From: the human T2T-CHM13v2.0 reference genome, Homo sapiens
Assembly: GCF_009914755.1 (NCBI RefSeq)
Contig: NC_060926.1
Length of the DNA stretch: 64,000 bases
Reading direction: 5' to 3' (one strand)
The notes below the pieces were generated by a model, which did not search any database, had not been told where the DNA came from, and worked only from the letters and a program-made list of their open reading frames with translations. This document shows, one piece after another, positions 57,651-64,000 of this stretch. Within the stretch, counting starts at the first letter, position 1; the number at the start of each line of letters is the position of its first letter. Both the position numbers and the translations under genes were made by a program.

Positions 57651-58782
57651 GTGGACCAAATTATGTATCAGGCATAAAAATATTTTTCTTTTCAGGTAAG
57701 GAAGAGGTCAACCATTTTTTTATTATTCATTTCTTAGTAGGGCTTTACCTGAGGATTATTTCAGTAAAGTAAGGAGGCAACCAGGAAAGGAAACAGAACC
57801 TGCCCAGAAGGAGCATAAGGGGCTGTGCTGGGATGATCGCATATAGCCCGAAAGCAACAAACCAGATGGCAAAAGAGGAGAAAGGATGCAAAGTACAGAT
57901 CAGGGAGAAAGGTAGAGAGGGAGGTTTTCAGGAAAAAAAAAATGTGGTGGACGTAATGGATAGAAAGTATGATCGAGAGTTTGGATGACAGTAAACATAT
58001 CCTAACATGTTATGGGGAAATAATGCTGGAAGCAAAAAGGCAAGTAAAAACCTTGCATGTGTTAGTAATGAGTGGCAGGAAGGTAGGGGATAAATAAGAA
58101 AGGCCTGGTACGAACATGAAGTAGATTATATTGTTGCATGCTAAGTAAGGTGAATTAAAGAAAGAAAAACCACTTAATCTTACCAAGTAGGAATATTCAC
58201 TTTTGGGGATTCTGTACATCTTGGAATTGGATCTATCTATGCTTAACAATGAATAATATTTATATAATTTTAAAAATTAAATATAAATAAATCTAGTATA
58301 ATCATGTAAGTGTAAATGTGTAGAGTTAATCTTTGGACAAAAACCAGAAGTTTTGGTTGTGGTTATATGACCATACATAAAAATCACCACTAATGGAAAC
58401 GGATAGCTGATATAAAGAAGGAATTTACAGTTGGGTAAGAAAATTCAGCAATGTAAAGGGACCAGTTTACTTAATTCACAATCTGGTAATAATAGTTAAA
58501 TATTGATCAGAACTGGTGAAATAAGAAAATGTTTAAATGTAAAATAATATAAATATAAAAAATGTACAAATATAAAATAATATAAATATAAAAATCATAC
58601 TTATAACTAAAAATAATAATATAATATTAAATATTTTGAGATTCGACGAGGGAGAAAAGTGTAAATGAGTGAAATCCATCTTTCACATTGAGATATTTTA
58701 CATAATCTCCTTGTCTTCCTATTTGCCTGCAAATCCCACCTCAGACTGTCACCTGCTCTATGAAACATTTCCAGCCACCTGA

Positions 58783-59592
<810 letters not shown>

Positions 59593-59685
59593 AGGGTCTT
59601 GAGGGTTTATTCTGTCCTAGGCTCCGTTTTAAATGCTAAATAGAAACTGTAAAAAAGCAAGCCATACCTGAGTGCTCTTCACATG

Positions 59686-60140
59686 GGCTCCGGCCGCACA
59701 GGAGCCCAAGGCGGGTCGGGGGGAAGCTCAGGCATGGCGGGCTGCAGGTCCCGAGCCCTGCCCCGTAGGAAGGCAGCTAAGGCCCGGCGAGAAATTGAGC
59801 ACAGCAGCTGCTGGCCCAGGTGCTAAGCCCCTCACTGCCCGGCGCCGGTAGGGCCGGTCGGCCGCTCCGAGTGCTGGGTCCGCCGAGCCCACGCCCACCC
59901 GGAACTCGCGCTGGCCCGCAGGCACTGCGAGCAGCCCCGGTTCCCGCCCGCGCCTCTCCCTCCAGACCTCCCCGCAAGCTGAGGGAGCCGGCTCCCGCCT
60001 TGGCCAGCCCAGAAAGGGGCTCCCACGGTGCAGCGGCGGGCTGAAGGGCTCCTCAAGTGCCGCCAAAGTGGGAGCCCAGGCAGAGGAGGCGCGGAGAGCG
60101 AGCGAGGGCTGTGAGGACTGCCAGCACGCTGTCACCTCTA
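59686..60140 (-). mobile_element. LTR12C (HERV9) 5' U3 fragment, about 455 bp, CpG-rich
   Basis: Reverse complement starts agaggtgacagcgtgctggcagtcctcacagccctcgctcgctctc..., the LTR12C 5' end; the rest of the LTR is absent. Confidence 0.92.
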
Positions 60141-60225
60141 AATAGTACGGAGTTTGTCTTTCTTAGAAGAGAACAGAGCAGCCACTCACGGAGCAAACCT
60201 CAATGAGATTTGTTTGCGAATAGAT

Positions 60226-60974
60226 CAGGGGTGAGCAAACTGCAGCCTGTGGGGCAAGTCCAGCCTCCTACCTGCTTTTATAAATACACTTTGACTAGAA
60301 CACAGCCACACTCCTTTGTTTGCTTATTATCTATGGCTGCTTTCATACTATCATGGCAGAGTAGTTACACCAGAGATCGTGTGGGCTGCAAAGCCTAAAA
60401 TACGTATTATTTTGCCATTTATAAAAAAATAGCTATTCACAATAGCAAAGACTTGGAACCAACCCAAATGTCCAACAATGATAGACTGGATTAAGAAAAT
60501 GTGGCACATATACACCATGGAATACTATGCAGCCATAAAAAATGATGAGTTCATGTCCTTTGTAGGGACATGGATGAAATTGGAAACCATCATTCTCAGT
60601 AAACTATCGCAAGAACAAAAAACCAAACACCGCATATTCTCACTCATAGGTGGGAATTGAACAATGAGATCACATGGACACAGGAAGGGGAATATCACAC
60701 TCTGGGGACTGTGGTGGGGTCGGGGGAAGGGGGAGGGATAGCATTGGGAGATATACCTAATGCTAGATGACACGTTAGTGGGTGCAGCGCACCAGCATGG
60801 CACATGTATACATATGTAACTAACCTGCACAATGTGCACATGTACCCTAAAACTTAGAGTATAATAAAAAAAAAATAAATAAAAAATAATAAAAAATAAA
60901 AAAAAAAAGGCGTGAGCCACCGTGCAAAAAAAAAAATAAATAAAAAAAAAATAAAAAAATAGTTGTTGGGTCCT
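60226..60974 (+). mobile_element. MER58A split by L1HS
   Basis: caggggtgagcaaac...gaacacagccacac...gcaaagcctaaaatac...aaaaatag | ttgttgggtcctg. Confidence 0.85.
60433..60950 (+). mobile_element. 5'-truncated L1HS, pre-Ta subset
   Basis: ACG at 60772-60774 and G at 60857 (85 nt apart, matching L1 positions 5930-5932 and 6015); ORF2p C-terminal text (IDWIKKMWHIYTMEYYAAIKNDEF); TSD ataaaaaaatag at 60421-60432 and 60951-60962. Confidence 0.92.
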
Positions 60975-63900
60975 GGAATAGATCAATCTATAAACAATGC
61001 AGAGGACTGTTCCTGCTTTTGTGCTTGCACGTTCTGTACTAAGATCATCTGTATTCTTATTTCTCTCTCCCATTATTAGACTGTGAGCTCCTTTAGGACA
61101 GGGACAAACCATATTCAGTTCATTTTGGTTTTTCTAACTCCTAATACAATATTGCTACAATGATCCATGGGTTAATTAAGTCCATTTTGCTCATTCAGCT
61201 TATGAATTATCTAGTCCAGCTGCTAATTTAACTGATTTGAAAATTGAAACCAAAGGAGGTTGAGTGACCTTCTTTAAAGCCCCAGCAACTGAGTATCTAC
61301 ATTGGATCTCAAACCTAGGTCTCTTGACTCTTAATCCTGCTGTCTTTGTTCTTACTGTAACTCAGCTGTTCAAATTAGTTTAAAAATAAGCAATAATGTG
61401 AACATTAGTAGAACCAAGACAGTGGAGATATGTATCTACTTATAGAGTCATTCTTTTACAGGCGCGATGACTCATTTATGTGGAAAATGTGCCCAGGAGC
61501 TATGTCTAAATCTGTGTTCTAGTCATCTCTATAGAGCAGAAGTTTGTGCATTATCTTAGGAAGCCAGGCTTAATGAATCTCCCTAGAAAGCTTTGGAGAT
61601 TCTGCGAGGAGTCCTCCATGGAGGTCAGAGATATAGAAAGCTCCGTATTGCTATTCCATATGCCTGTTCACCCTTCCTATTAGGAGGCTGGAAATATAAT
61701 TAGAAGACAAGCACCACAGATGCTGCAGTTTACAATATCCAGAAGAAACTGCCGAAATGGGTAAGACATGAAAGGATAATTTTGCTTATACAAAATAGCA
61801 GACTGCAAACTAAAACCAAGAAAAACAAACAGGCAGATGGGAAGAGTGGAGAAGGCACTGGCACAGCTGTGAGCAGGATTTAGACACCCAGATGCAACAT
61901 AATTTGGGGGGAGGGGTGGGAGAGGAAGAGCATCTGAAAGAAAATTAGAATCACAAAAGATGCTGAAGAATAATGAGTTTCTCATCTCTCCACCTGCAGG
62001 TTAAACTTTTTCACCACTTCCTAATACCGTGGTTGCTGAAAGTCATTTCCTGGGGGATGGAAGAACAGGACTCTAGGACAGAAAAGATAAATAGACGTCA
62101 TTCTTAGCAAAAAAGGCAGCAGCAGTAAAATCAACAGCTATGGTTGTGATGGAAGAAGAAAGACATAACCATTACCCAGAAGAGGGTGGATAGTAGTGTT
62201 TAGTTTTATTATTAGCAGCACTATTTACATAACAGCACATGTGCATGCCTGCCTGTCCATATAGAGCTATGGGCTTGGGGTGGGGCAAGAGAGAGTCATT
62301 GCTTGTAGAATTTCTACTAGGCAGTAGCCACTATGATGGAAACTACACATATCATCTTCATTAATTCCCCGCTTTCCCACAACAGCAACAAATTAAAAAA
62401 AAATCAATGATGTATTGTTTTTCCTGTTTGGGGGGATTAGGAAACTAAAGGACCAAGGGGTAGGAGCCAGGATTTAAATTTAGATCTTTATGATGCCCTA
62501 GAGGGTATTCCTCAACCACTTAAGTACAAACACAAAGCAAAGTCATCAGAAAAAACATTTCTGTTATGTAAAATCAAACGTAACACCAAAAGGGAGCAGC
62601 AATATGTTCTTTAGCAAATTGTGACTCAAAAAAGAAGAAGCTTCTGTCAGCCAAGGGAGATTCAGCAACTGGGTGCTTAGCTCTGCCATGCCACAGAGCA
62701 CCTCTTCGCTTCTCTAAAAGTACTTAAAAAAAAACAACTGGCTGTTTATGCATTTTTATTCTCACTATGTTGTGAGCCCCTGCAGGACAGAAATTGGACA
62801 TTACTCATCCATATATGCCCAGAACCCAGTAAAAAGCCTAGCCCTGCGTAGAGCTACTACGTGGCTGGACTCTAGGAGTCCCCACTTAAATACTGGTGTT
62901 AATGTGAGTGATGGAGGCAGGGCTGTGCTCCATAGGAGGCCCACAGAGAGCAGGTGTTCCCTAAATGATGACAGAGGGATGGGCTTGTTTCAGCCAGCCA
63001 GCTTCTAAGAAGTTTCCAGTGAGATCGAACTGCTCCTTCCCCTACATTTTCAGGGCATTCTATTTAGTATGCACCTTTCCCCCTTCCTCTACCCCACCAC
63101 ATTCTCATCACAGTTCTGTGTGTCAGAATGATGTTTATCCCTAAGGCTATTTATGGGCATGACTGGATTTTATCTTAGCTTCCTTGAAGTGGCCCAGTCA
63201 AGTGAAATGAGTCTGTATTTTAAACAAAATAATGTGCTTCTTTCTAAAACAAGATTTTTTAATCTATAAAATATAGCTCATAAAACCCTTTTCACACATA
63301 ATCTATGCTAAGTAATATCTTTTTCTTTATTGTCTATTTCATTCCTCCCTCCTGGTGGGCACACCATGAGAGAGTTCCTTGAACGGGTGTGTCAACTGTT
63401 TCCCAGTGGCAATAGGGCCGTTCTGCCTGTTACTGCAAAAAATGAGGTAGAGTTCCCATATCTTGGAGGATATATCTCTTCATGGGAAGAGAAAAATCCT
63501 AGCTCTGCATTCCAGCTCATGGGCTGTGTGCACCAGCTATTTTGGGGAAGGGGAAAGCCAGTCTCACAACACTTTCCCCAGAGAAAAGATGCCAATCTCA
63601 ACATTAACCATTAGGAAACATCATTAAAGCAGATGAGAAATGGGCTGCGGACATTTTTATGAGCCCAAAATACTCTACTTGGAGGTTTTATGGAGACCAC
63701 AGGAAGCCAGAGAGACAATGACATCCATACCCTTTTTTTAGAGTCTGCTGAGCTGAGGAACAATCTCTGTGCTCCATAGAGTGTGTTTTTGCAAGTGTAA
63801 ATTACCATTGGGGGCCATGTCAAAGTAAGCCTTTTTCAGAGACTTGTGCACCTGTTGGAGATAGAATGCTCTAGGCCAAGTAGTTGTGGGCTTACTGTCC

Positions 63901-64000
63901 ATATCCATCCAGAGTTGCAAAGAAAATACTTCCTTTTGATTCCAGGACAGTCTTGGAATTAGTCTTTAGAGAAGGCTATTCTGCTTAAATCTGCATGGTT

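Noticed and set aside
58535-58635. Repeated aaaataatataaatataaaa units
   Set aside because: Ordinary AT-rich slippage
59728-60135. Four GC-rich overlapping ORFs and apparent promoter CpG island
   Set aside because: Wholly within LTR12C; high GC explains the lack of stop codons
60525-61112. Longest ORF (195 aa)
   Set aside because: Reads through the antisense L1 3' UTR and poly(T); low-complexity artefact
63330-63920. Cluster of short ORFs at the window end, considered as a pseudogene or env relic
   Set aside because: Hand translation gave no recognisable protein motif, and stops occur in all frames

Overview
Human non-coding genomic DNA (intronic or intergenic). Human origin is shown by an AluYa5 with all five diagnostic bases and a pre-Ta L1HS. 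A large share of the window is transposon-derived: about 17 Alus, old and young L1s, MaLR/ERVL/ERV1 LTRs, hAT/Tigger DNA elements, and MIR/L2. I recognise no protein-coding gene, tRNA, rRNA, snoRNA or CRISPR array. The listed ORFs are mostly chance or Alu/L1/LTR-derived reading frames. I do not see a new biological 'system'. The notable signals are DNA-repair and retrotransposition footprints: (i) a pre-Ta L1HS carrying a 17-nt Alu-derived tag between two A-tails (probable 3' transduction); (ii) a 109-bp ungapped inverted duplication; (iii) a 73-bp chimeric insert made of two short copies of DNA 4-4.5 kb away, one inverted; (iv) two AluY elements inserted back-to-back at the same TT|AA point; (v) a solo poly(A) insertion; (vi) repeated re-use of one target site; and (vii) weak candidate minus-strand exons. 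Repeat subfamily names come from remembered consensus sequences, and boundaries are approximate unless TSDs are quoted.
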